A stretch of DNA of 64,000 bases, taken from positions 1-64,000 of the forward strand of contig CAVTUQ010000019.1 in assembly GCA_963737905.1 (NCBI GenBank), read 5' to 3'. Position 1 is the first letter of the stretch. Every line of letters starts with the position of its first letter. Below the pieces are notes generated by a model that saw only the letters and a program-made list of their open reading frames with translations, made no database searches and was not told the origin of the DNA. Below, piece by piece: positions 43,909 through 52,930 of the stretch. Origin of the DNA: an uncultured delta proteobacterium (lineage in GTDB: Bacteria > Desulfobacterota > Binatia > UBA9968). The position numbers and the translations under genes were made by a program.

Positions 43909-45036
43909 ATGAAACAGAAACACCTTATAGCTTTCGTTACCATTGTCTGTGTTTGCTTGTTGCTTTTAGCCTATTCCCAAGCCGGGGAGCCGAAGCCGGG
44001 ATGGCAGCAGGAATGGGAGAAAACGCTCGAAGCCGCCAAGAAAGAAGGGCAAGTCACGATTTACATCAGTGGCTACGAGGCGGTGTTGCCGGATTTCGAG
44101 AAGGAATTTCCCGATATGAAGGTCGTGGCCGTCACTATGCGGGGTAACCAACTCGGGCAACGGCTGCTCGCTGAGCGGCGCGCGGAGAAGTATATTGCCG
44201 ATGTGGTGAGCTCGGGCGCGAATCCAAACTATCAGCAATTCTATCCGGCGAAAGCGCTCGACCCGATCAGACCTGCGCTGATCCTGCCCGAGGTCACCGA
44301 TCAAACAAAGTGGTATCTCAAACAGCACCAGTACTCCGATCCTGAAGGCCAGTACGTATTCAATTATGTCGGTTCGGCAACGTATGGAGCGGTCAACTAC
44401 AACACGAAGCTCGTCGACGTTAAGGAGTTTAGGTCTTACTGGGACTTGCTGAACCCTAAGTGGAAGGGCAAGATCGAAGCTCGTGACATCCGCGAAGCCG
44501 GGCCGGGCGCCGGCAACACACGGTTCTTCTACTATCATCCAGAACTTGGACCGTCGTTCATCAAGCGGCTTTTCGGCGAGATGGACGTAACTTTGTTTCG
44601 CGATTTTCGCCAGGGGCCGGATTGGTTGGCGACGGGAAAGTTCGCGATTTGTTTCTTTTGCGACGTGGATGTTCTGAAGCGACAGGGTTTGCCGGTGGAT
44701 ACGTTCGGCCCCGAGGTGTTCAAGGAGGGCGGCGGGCTGGTGCAGCAATTCGGCACAGTGGTGTTAGTGAACCGTGCGCCGCACCCAAATGCCGCCAAGG
44801 TTTTTATCAATTGGCTATTGTCGCGCAGGGGACAAATCGCGTTGCAAAAAAGGACATTGACCGGCGAGAGCCCGGCGGATTCATTGCGAACCGATATTCC
44901 CAAAGACGATGTGCCTTACCTGAATCGTCGGCTCGAGGGCATCAAATATCTCGACACCGGCAAACCGGAGTGGATCGAGATGAAGCCGATCCTCGAGGTC
45001 GTCAATGACGCACTGAAAGCGGCAGGGAAGAATTAG
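43909..45036 (+). CDS. Extracellular solute-binding protein
   Basis: Signal peptide; WEKTLEAAKKEGQV, ERRA.KY..D, YWDLL.PKWKGKI, APHPNAAKVFINWLLS. Confidence 0.9.
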   Translation: MKQKHLIAFVTIVCVCLLLLAYSQAGEPKPGWQQEWEKTLEAAKKEGQVTIYISGYEAVLPDFEKEFPDMKVVAVTMRGNQLGQRLLAERRAEKYIADVVSSGANPNYQQFYPAKALDPIRPALILPEVTDQTKWYLKQHQYSDPEGQYVFNYVGSATYGAVNYNTKLVDVKEFRSYWDLLNPKWKGKIEARDIREAGPGAGNTRFFYYHPELGPSFIKRLFGEMDVTLFRDFRQGPDWLATGKFAICFFCDVDVLKRQGLPVDTFGPEVFKEGGGLVQQFGTVVLVNRAPHPNAAKVFINWLLSRRGQIALQKRTLTGESPADSLRTDIPKDDVPYLNRRLEGIKYLDTGKPEWIEMKPILEVVNDALKAAGKN

Positions 45037-45115
45037 TGGTCGCTGAGGATGGAAATGGAGGATGGAAGTTGGCAATCCTCGATCTTCTATTCTCAATTTT
45101 CGGTCTCCAATGGTG

Positions 45116-45199
45116 TCATTCCGAGCCGATGAGATCTGAGAAAGGAAGTCTTGTTAGGAGAACGTCTCGTTGCCTATAGGTAACTTTCCCAGACGGCAT
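45116..45199 (-). pseudogene. Truncated MazF/PemK-like toxin
   Basis: MPSGKVTYRQRDVLLTRLPFSDL resembles the PemK N-terminal motif (Y.RGDVVL..FPFSD); stops after 27 codons; overlaps the antitoxin end. Confidence 0.6.
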
Positions 45200-45415
45200 C
45201 GTCTTCGTCCTTCCAGACATCGGCAAACTTCTTTTCTGCCGCCTGTCGTAGGCTCTTCAATTCCTGTTTTTCTTCCACCCGGGTTATGGACCGGAGAAAA
45301 TCGTGCCGTCTCGCTAATCAACCTTTACGTAAGAACCCTTCCTCATTTTCGCCTTCTGTCGGACAGATTTGGGAATGGTAACTTGGTAGTGGGCATTGAC
45401 TTTGGCAACCTCCAT
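45174..45415 (-). CDS. AbrB/MazE-type antitoxin (frameshift near 45315)
   Basis: MEVAKVNAHYQVTIPKSVRQK AbrB motif; acidic C-terminus FADVWKDEDDAVWESYL in another frame. Confidence 0.65.
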
Positions 45416-45460
45416 GACGAACCGCCTCATAATAACTTTAATGTTACGGACCGTGAGTGA

Positions 45461-46069
45461 ATGATGCTCGATCCCGCTATGGCGTACATGGTTCTGCTGA
45501 CAGACTTCGCGTCGAAGATCGACGGCCTCTGGGCATTTCAGGTCGCCATTCACGCGCAGATCGAACGCATCGCCAAGACCGACTGGTTGGATGCAAGCCT
45601 CAGTCGTCGTGACAACAAGGATCGAAAGAAGGAGCTCGGTGGCTTTCTCTTCTTCAGCCGCGATCTCCTGCGGGAATTCGAAATACTTGGAATGGCGAAG
45701 ACTTTCGACGATACCCTGGTCCTGGCCAAGGAACTGGGCTTGCCAGCCTTCAACATCTGGGCCGATAACGAATTGAGACTGCCCTACTACCACGAAATGC
45801 GCAGTGTGCGGGCCTTGGCCAACGTCATCAAGCACAACGGCTCACGTATCGTTGCTGGGGGTGGCGAGGCTTGCCGGTTCCTGATCGAGAAGGTCGGCTT
45901 CAAGCCCGATACGCAGATCGCCTATATTGACTTTGACATCGAAAAGGCACTCTACCAGACATACGTGTTTCTTGATGCGCTCTCTGGTTATCTCACCGGA
46001 GTGGCAGTCGAGACTATCGACTTCGAGCAGTTCAAGACCAGCGTTCTGCCATGGTTTCTCAAGCAGTAA
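45461..46069 (+). CDS. Hypothetical helical protein with a HEPN-like R..N..H motif
   Basis: 202-aa ORF, VRALANVIKHNG. Confidence 0.6.
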   Translation: MMLDPAMAYMVLLTDFASKIDGLWAFQVAIHAQIERIAKTDWLDASLSRRDNKDRKKELGGFLFFSRDLLREFEILGMAKTFDDTLVLAKELGLPAFNIWADNELRLPYYHEMRSVRALANVIKHNGSRIVAGGGEACRFLIEKVGFKPDTQIAYIDFDIEKALYQTYVFLDALSGYLTGVAVETIDFEQFKTSVLPWFLKQ

Positions 46070-46367
46070 GTTCGCAACCGCCCTTTCGTGCCGCCGTTGT
46101 GACGCGGCGCTCGAGCCCGCATGAGTCCCCGCAAGATTCTGTTCACGTTTAACGTGGTGCCCCCGAGACGAGCCACCCGCCGGTCCACGGTAAAGCCAAA
46201 AAGGGCCAAGCCCTGAAGGCCCGATTGCCGGACGCACCTGTCCTCGCACTGTATCAACGGCCCGTTTCAAGCCAATAAGGTGTTCGTCACGCCAGCGCCG
46301 CGCATGCTGCTGGCTTCTGGTCGTGCTTTGCTTGCAACTGGTTCTCAACGATCCTCGGACATTACCC

Positions 46368-46396
46368 TTGATAGGGTGCCGGAGTCGTAATAGAAT
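46368..46396 (+). promoter_or_regulatory. Sigma70-like promoter of the REase-NTPase gene
   Basis: TTGATA-N17-TAGAAT ending 57 nt upstream of ATG 46454. Confidence 0.55.
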
Positions 46397-46453
46397 CGTG
46401 AAAAATGAAATTCCGAAGCCCGGTCGTTCAAAATTGCGACGAATGGGTACGAA

Positions 46454-48892
46454 ATGGCTGACTACGAATCCGGCCGGGAAGCACTCCAAAAGCTCGCCGA
46501 TGTAGAACTCGGCGATTCTCAGCAGATTGAGTCTGCTCGTAATGAGGCCAGTACTAGATATCACATCATCGACCTTCTCGTGACTGATGTGCTTTGCTGG
46601 CACAAGTCGGCCGTCAAGGTGGAGCGTCATGAGGACTCCGGCTACTCAGACTACGAACTTGGTTCCCCATCGTCACTTCTCCTAGAAGCGAAAAAAGAGG
46701 GCGTTCACTTTTCGCTGCCTGCGGGATGGGATAAGGAAATCGCTAGGCTCGAGACGCTATTTTCCGCTTCCGAAGACACGAAAAAGGCAGTTCAGCAGGC
46801 TATCGACTACGCCGTTCAGCGAGGTATACCATATGCAGCCATCTGCAATGGTCATCAGCTTATCGCCTTTCTTGCAAGCCGCCAGGATGGTACACCGCCT
46901 ATTCGTGGCACCGCGCTTATTTATAAATCTCAGCGTGATATGCTCGCACGTTTTGCTCAATTATGGGATGCTCTATCCCCGCCGGGGCTGGCAATGGGAG
47001 GCCTATCTCGGATTCTTGGTGCTGCTCCTCTCAGCGCACCGCCTCAGAAACTCTCAGCCAGTATTGTAAATTATCCAGGCTACAAAAACCGCAATCCAAT
47101 TGCTACGGAGTTGCAGATTCTCGGTGGAATTTTTCTCGAGGATCTGACCCGCGAGCCAGGTTTGGAAGACGACTTCTTGCAGCAGACATACTGTACAAGC
47201 GGTGCGCTTTCCCAATACGCGCTCGTCAGTAAAGAGCTGTTGCAGGCACGGTACGCTAGTGTCTTCGAGAACGATGGTAACGTCTCGGCAAGCCCCGCAG
47301 CAAGTAAGAGAGGCGTTTCGCCAGAATTGACTCAAGACGTAGTTGCTGCAAGTCTCAGCCGCCGACCAATCCTATTGGTGGGAGATGTCGGAGCCGGTAA
47401 GTCTATATTCATCCGATATCTGATTAAAGTAGCTGCAAAAGAAGCGCTCGAGCGAGCGTTGGTTCTCTATATCGACTTTGGAACAAAACCGGCCTTGGCG
47501 AGCGACCTTCGGCCATATGTCGTTCAGGAAATTGTACGTCAACTTCGAGATGATTATGAATTGGACGTGTATGAGCGCGACTTCGTCAGAGGGGTCTACC
47601 ATGGAGAATTACTTCGGTTCGAGCGCGGGATCTACGCTGATCTCAAGGACTCCGATCCGCCCACATTTCGTGCGAAGGAAATACAGCGCCTAGAACAACT
47701 CACGAGTGATACTGAACAACACCTCAAAGCATGTCTTACCGACGCCGTACGAGGTCAGCGACGTCAGGTAGTTCTCTTCCTTGATAACGTCGATCAGCGG
47801 CCGGGACAGTTTCAGGAGGAAGTTTTCCTCATTGCTCAGGCTCTCGCAGATCAATGGCCCTTGACAGCCTTCGTGGCACTTCGTCCTGAAACATTTGCCG
47901 AATCACGGGTTAAAGGTTCTCTCACGGCATATCAACCCCGGGTCTTCACCATAGATCCGCCGCGGGTCGATCTAGTGCTCCGACGAAGACTAGCATTCGC
48001 TCTGAAGCAGCTTGCGGAACAAGGCCGGTTGGGCGCCATACTGCAACTGAACGTTCAATCAGACACGCTCAAGCGATATATCAGTATGCTTCTACGAGCC
48101 TTCGAGAATGAGGAATCAATCATTGAGTTTGTTGACAACATGAGCGCAGGTAATATTCGGCGCGCGCTAGACTTCGTCGCGGCGTTCTTTGGTAGCGGGC
48201 ATGTTGACAGCCAGAAGATCCTGAGAGCTGAAGAGAAAGAACCGGGAAGCTATAGGCTGCCATTGCACGAGTTTCTCCGGGCGGTAACGTATGGTGACAA
48301 TGCGCACTATGATCCTTCGAAGTCTCCCATCCTGAACGTCTATGACGTATCCTCTCGCGATGGGAAAGAGCACTTTCTAGTTGGAGTCTTGGTAGCCTTC
48401 ACTGAACGCGCGGGTCAACTCGGTGGCAGCGAAGGCTATGTCATGCGAGACACAGTGTTTCGGTTTGCCCGGAGTCTTGGTTTTCAGCCCTCACAAGTCC
48501 AACTAGCTTTGAGGAGATGCATTGAGAAAAGACTTCTGGCAACTCCAGCAACCCTGAGCGGGGAGGACTATTCCAGGCTCAGGGTCACAACGGTCGGGGC
48601 GTACACGATTAAGAAGTTGATGTTCTTCTTTACCTACCTAGATGCCGTAGTAGTGGATACACCGATTCTGGATCCTAGTGTGCGAGCCAAGATACGTGAT
48701 GTTGGGCTGACAGACGAGCGGCTCGTCAGAGCGGAAATTTTTTTGGATTACCTAGATGAGCAGTGGGTAGCCCTTCGAGAGACGGCGGCAGAAATCCTGG
48801 ATTGGTCGAATCGGGCTGGTCGTGCACGCGAAGAGATTCGCTGGATCAAAGAACGACTTCGACGCATAGCAGTCAGCACAGGTACCCTGTAA
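46454..48892 (+). CDS. HsdR-N-like restriction endonuclease domain fused to a P-loop (STAND/AAA-like) NTPase
   Basis: NEASTR..IID.L...LCW, YSDY...LLEAKK, ICNG (type I REase N-domain); Walker A LVGDVGAGKS, Walker B VVLFLDNVD, GNIRRAL. Confidence 0.8.
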   Translation: MADYESGREALQKLADVELGDSQQIESARNEASTRYHIIDLLVTDVLCWHKSAVKVERHEDSGYSDYELGSPSSLLLEAKKEGVHFSLPAGWDKEIARLETLFSASEDTKKAVQQAIDYAVQRGIPYAAICNGHQLIAFLASRQDGTPPIRGTALIYKSQRDMLARFAQLWDALSPPGLAMGGLSRILGAAPLSAPPQKLSASIVNYPGYKNRNPIATELQILGGIFLEDLTREPGLEDDFLQQTYCTSGALSQYALVSKELLQARYASVFENDGNVSASPAASKRGVSPELTQDVVAASLSRRPILLVGDVGAGKSIFIRYLIKVAAKEALERALVLYIDFGTKPALASDLRPYVVQEIVRQLRDDYELDVYERDFVRGVYHGELLRFERGIYADLKDSDPPTFRAKEIQRLEQLTSDTEQHLKACLTDAVRGQRRQVVLFLDNVDQRPGQFQEEVFLIAQALADQWPLTAFVALRPETFAESRVKGSLTAYQPRVFTIDPPRVDLVLRRRLAFALKQLAEQGRLGAILQLNVQSDTLKRYISMLLRAFENEESIIEFVDNMSAGNIRRALDFVAAFFGSGHVDSQKILRAEEKEPGSYRLPLHEFLRAVTYGDNAHYDPSKSPILNVYDVSSRDGKEHFLVGVLVAFTERAGQLGGSEGYVMRDTVFRFARSLGFQPSQVQLALRRCIEKRLLATPATLSGEDYSRLRVTTVGAYTIKKLMFFFTYLDAVVVDTPILDPSVRAKIRDVGLTDERLVRAEIFLDYLDEQWVALRETAAEILDWSNRAGRAREEIRWIKERLRRIAVSTGTL

Positions 48893-49123
48893 AATCTTTC
48901 AGATGGATTGAACTGGTTAAAATTTCACTCCCCGTTTGTATCGTACCGCGAGAGTCGCCGATTGCATGAATCTGATTTGTAGCTGGTCATTCGGACCTGT
49001 TGCGGGCTGAGCGCTTGTGTCTTCTTCCTCACTGCTTGCTTTTTCTTCGACAATGGAAGGTGTATGTTCTGCCCAGGTTCAGGCACAGAACAAGCACAGT
49101 CGTGCGTGATGCGTGAGGGAGAA

Positions 49124-50119
49124 ATGAATAAGCGGAAACGCGGTAGCTTTGCTCTATGGGCCATGCTTTTTGCGCTTTGCTTGCCCGCCGAGGCGCAGCA
49201 GCCGCAGAAAGTCCCGCGGATAGGATACGTAGCGCCGGTCGATGCCGCTAGTGACTCCGCCCGTGCGGAGGCAATTAGGCTGGCTCTGCGCGAGCGTGGC
49301 TACATAGAAGGACAGAATATCGCCATCGAATACCGATATTCGGAGGGGAAGCGCGATCGGCTCCCTGAGCTTGCGGCTGAGCTGGTGCGTCTCAAGGTTG
49401 ATATCATCGTGGTAACAGGAGGGAACAGGATAATCCCCGCGGCCAAGAACGCGACCAAGACGATTCCCATCGTTATGACGGGTGCTGGGATTGATCCGGT
49501 TGACGCAGGCCTAGTGGAAAGTCTTGCCCGTCCCGGCGGCAATGTCACTGGCGTTACAAACCTTATCGGAGAGCTAGGCGGTAAGAGGCTGGAGCTTTTC
49601 AAAGAGGCCGTTCCCAAAGTTGCCCGTGTTGCGGTTCTCCACGATCCGGGCACTGCGGCCAGTGTACACCAGGTGAAAGAAGTGCTTCCCGCCGCGGCGC
49701 GCGCACTGGGGTTGACTATTAAGCCTTGGGAGGTACAAGGCACGGACGGTTTCGAGCGGGTATTCGCTGCGTTAAACAAGGAGCGCCCGGATGGACTCTA
49801 CGTGTCCTTGGGACCGCTGATGCTTGCTAACGGAAAACGGATCGCGGGCTTTGCGTTGAAGAGCCGGTTACCTTCGATATACGTCAGAAGGGAATTTGTA
49901 GATGCCGGTGGGCTCATGTCCTACGGAGCCGACCTCGCGGACAGCTACAAGCGCGTCGCTTATTTCGTGGACAGAATTCTCAAGGGAGCCAAGCCTGCCG
50001 ATCTTCCCGTCGAGCAGCCGACGCGGTTCGAGCTCGTGGTCAATCTGAAAACTGCGAAACAGATCGGCCTGACGATTCCGCCAGAGGTGCTCGCCCGAGC
50101 GACCAAGCTGATCAAGTGA
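49124..50119 (+). CDS. ABC transporter substrate-binding protein (ABC_sub_bind type)
   Basis: AQQPQKVPRIG, GYIEGQNIAIEYR, SLARPGGNVTG, ILKGAKPADLPVEQPT. Confidence 0.92.
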   Translation: MNKRKRGSFALWAMLFALCLPAEAQQPQKVPRIGYVAPVDAASDSARAEAIRLALRERGYIEGQNIAIEYRYSEGKRDRLPELAAELVRLKVDIIVVTGGNRIIPAAKNATKTIPIVMTGAGIDPVDAGLVESLARPGGNVTGVTNLIGELGGKRLELFKEAVPKVARVAVLHDPGTAASVHQVKEVLPAAARALGLTIKPWEVQGTDGFERVFAALNKERPDGLYVSLGPLMLANGKRIAGFALKSRLPSIYVRREFVDAGGLMSYGADLADSYKRVAYFVDRILKGAKPADLPVEQPTRFELVVNLKTAKQIGLTIPPEVLARATKLIK

Positions 50120-50492
50120 TTTCCGATTACCGATTTTCCGATTCAGCGCGAGCCAGAGCGGATGAGTGGACATCGAATCGGAGATGTTCCGCTGACTGAA
50201 TATCAGATGTTCTACCCTGACTGTAGGAGAGGCGAGGCGTGCCGCGTCACGTCTGTGGCACGTCGCTCAGGTTGAAAATGGGGCGATATGAGGTCACTTG
50301 AGGCGCACGAGGCACCAGAAGCCCAATGATTTCGCGGCCTCGCCCGGCGCTTCGTGGCTACGTGACTTTTCCGCCGAATGTGCTGGCGCGGGCGGACCGG
50401 GTCATTAAATGAAGCAAGATCCTTCACGTTCGTTCAGGACAAGTTTTAGATTGCCGATTTTCGATTAGGAGAGAGTCAAGGTGACTCAGTTC

Positions 50493-50699
50493 TTACAGCG
50501 CGCGAAATTGCTCTTCGCTGAGGCCGGCCTGTTTAAGAATCTTACGAAAGGTTCCCGTTGGCAGTGCACCTGGATGCATTGCGACGTAGGTTTGCCTTCC
50601 ATCGGGATGGCGAAGAACTTTGTGGCTCCCACTCTGTCTTACTTCTACGAATCCGGCGCGAATCAATCTTGCGAGGACCTCACGGGCGGAGTATGGCAT
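50493..50699 (-). CDS. hicA: HicA family toxin
   Basis: L.RAGF..VRQSGSH....HPDGR...V.MH...LPTGTF..IL.QAG. Confidence 0.9.
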   Translation of the reverse strand: MPYSAREVLARLIRAGFVEVRQSGSHKVLRHPDGRQTYVAMHPGALPTGTFRKILKQAGLSEEQFRAL

Positions 50700-50922
50700 C
50701 GGGAATTTCGACCTGAGCGATCAACGACTTCGTTTCGACAGGAACGCTTTCGCCGCGCGAGCGCTTCTCTTCGACCCACGCTTCAATCAATTCTTGAGCA
50801 GCAGCAATGGCTCCTTCGATACCCTGGCCGTGCGTGGTCAGGTCGAGAGTTGGAATGTGGGCGTAATAGTAACCCTGAAATTCAGGTTCGTTTATCGGCT
50901 CAAGAAGCACGGAGTAGCGCAT
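50680..50922 (-). CDS. hicB: Short HicB family antitoxin (no DNA-binding domain), upstream of hicA
   Basis: MRYSVLLE...GYY..IP.L...T.G..IE.A...A.E.I..W; GGAGG RBS; overlaps the hicA start. Confidence 0.88.
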   Translation of the reverse strand: MRYSVLLEPINEPEFQGYYYAHIPTLDLTTHGQGIEGAIAAAQELIEAWVEEKRSRGESVPVETKSLIAQVEIPDAILRP

Positions 50923-50995
50923 GATGACCCCTCCAGGAGAGAATTCTATAACAGCCTCGCCCATCAGCACAAGGTTGTCATTGGTCAGAGGCAAA

Positions 50996-51560
50996 GTGTT
51001 CAAAACCCTGATACTCGTAACCTTCATGTTGGGGTTCGTATATTTAGCCGACGCACAGCAGCAGAAGAAAATCCCGCGGATAGCTTTTCTAGGGGCTGCC
51101 TCTGCTACGTCTCGAGCTTCCCGTCTTGATGCATTTCGCCAAGGGTTGTGGGAGCTGGGCTATGTAGAGGGGAAGAACATCATTATTGAGTACCGCCATG
51201 CCGAAGGGAAATTTGAACGGTTGCCCGAACTTTCAGCCGAACTGGCGCATCTCAAGGTGGACATCATCGTCACCCAGGGAAGTCCGGCGGCCGAAGCTGC
51301 CAGGAAAACGACAAGCACAATTCCGATCATCATGGCAACAGGTGGCGATGCCTGTTGGCTCGGGGCTGGTTGCGAGCCTCGCCCGGCCGGGCGGGAACGT
51401 CACCGAATTATCCAGTCTCGTCACAGATCTGGCTGGGAAACGGCTGGAGCTTCTCAAGGAAGTCGCACCCAAGGTCTCCCGCGTCGCCATGACGGCGCAG
51501 CAGATCGGTCTCACGATTCCGCCGAATGTGCTGGTGAGAGCGGATAAAGTAATAAAATGA
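50996..51560 (+). pseudogene. ABC_sub_bind paralogue with a large internal deletion
   Basis: Matches 49124..50119 up to PKVSRVA, then jumps directly to TAQQIGLTIPPNVL.RADKVIK. Confidence 0.8.
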
Positions 51561-51642
51561 AACATTTTGGATTTCGGATTGGAGAAGGGAACACACGCAG
51601 CGATATTCGCTTCGCGATCTTAGGTTCAATGCTCGTCCTAAT

Positions 51643-51747
51643 CGTCATTCCAGCCGGGTTGGCGTGATCCCCGCCTTCGCGGGGAGGCGAGAGCCGGAAT
51701 CCAGGAGATTCAGTCGAATCTGGATTCCCGCGTTCGCGGGAATGACG
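51643..51747. repeat. Palindromic REP/RPE-like element overlapping the 5' end of an SBP gene
   Basis: Terminal inverted repeats CGTCATTCC/GGAATGACG, inner GGAATCCAG/CTGGATTCC and ATTCCCGCGTTCGCGGGAAT hairpin. Confidence 0.8.
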
Positions 51748-52833
51748 TTTGTGGCGGTGGCGATTGCTGCAGCCTTCACTGCGATTGTGTCAGCCGCGGA
51801 GATACCTAAGTGGAAAGAAGAATGGCTGAGAGTGGCGGAAGCGGCCAAGAAGGAAGGGCAGGTTTCGCTCTACGGTGGGCAAGAAATCACCCATCCGGAT
51901 ATCATCGCGGCGTTCAACAAAGAGTTTCCTTTCATTAAAGTCCTGACCACCAGTGGACGCGGCGGAGATCTGCTCGCGCGCATTATATCAGAGCGGCGAG
52001 CGGACAAATATTTAGTGGACGTTATTGCGACTGGCCCCAACGGGCCGCGCATGCTTTATTTGGCCAAAGCGTTGGACCCCATCGCGCCAGCGCTAATTCT
52101 GCCCGAGGTCACGGATGTGTCCAAATGGTACAGCGGGAAGCACTGGTACGCGGACCCCGAGAATCAATACATCTTCATGTTCGAAGGTACTCTGAACAGC
52201 ACCGCCCTTTCGTATAACACGAAGCTCATGCATCCCGACGAGATCACGTCTTATTGGGATCTCTTGAGGCCGGAATGGAAAGGCAAACTCTTGACCTTGG
52301 ACCCGCGGGGGACGACGCCGCCGACAACGGTCTTGAATCTCTATCATAGACCCGGGCTCGGCGCAGACTTTGTGCGGCGATTTTACTCGGAAATGGAGGT
52401 CACCTTCTTCAGAGACCGGCGCCAGGGAACGAATTGGTTGGCCACGGGGAAATTCCCACTCTGTTTTCTGTGCCGGGATATTGACAAGGCGAATAGACAA
52501 GGTCTCCCGGTGGATGTGATTCTACCCGATCGCATCAAGGAAGGCGGAACGTTAGGCGGAGGCAGCGCGAGTAATCTAGCGCTGATCAATCGCGCGCCGC
52601 ATCCCAACGCGGCCAAGGTTTTCATAAATTGGTACCTATCCCGAAAGGGCCAATCAGTCTGGCAAAAGGTGATGAATACCAAAGAATTGGAAGCTTCGGA
52701 GTCGATGCGGAGCGACATCCCGAAGGACGACGTGTTGCTCGAGGGCCGGCGTGTCGAAGGCAAAGAGTATCAAGTTGTCGGCTTTTTGGACCCAGAGCCG
52801 GTGCAGAAGTTGTTGCAGGAGATTTTGAAGTAA
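51742..52833 (+). CDS. Extracellular solute-binding protein
   Basis: AAKKEGQV, ERRADKY, YWDLL.PEWKGK, APHPNAAKVFINWYLS; start uncertain. Confidence 0.88.
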   Translation: MTFVAVAIAAAFTAIVSAAEIPKWKEEWLRVAEAAKKEGQVSLYGGQEITHPDIIAAFNKEFPFIKVLTTSGRGGDLLARIISERRADKYLVDVIATGPNGPRMLYLAKALDPIAPALILPEVTDVSKWYSGKHWYADPENQYIFMFEGTLNSTALSYNTKLMHPDEITSYWDLLRPEWKGKLLTLDPRGTTPPTTVLNLYHRPGLGADFVRRFYSEMEVTFFRDRRQGTNWLATGKFPLCFLCRDIDKANRQGLPVDVILPDRIKEGGTLGGGSASNLALINRAPHPNAAKVFINWYLSRKGQSVWQKVMNTKELEASESMRSDIPKDDVLLEGRRVEGKEYQVVGFLDPEPVQKLLQEILK

Positions 52834-52930
52834 GAGACAAGTTCACCACGAAGAACGCGAAGTTCACGAAGGAAGAGATCGAAAGGCGGATTTTTAGCCG
52901 CAAAGAACCTAGCGCGGCAAGGAGACGAAC

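Noticed and set aside
46454-48892. Type I restriction-modification HsdR subunit
   Set aside because: No DEAD-box helicase motifs and no hsdM/hsdS; only the N-terminal nuclease domain is shared.
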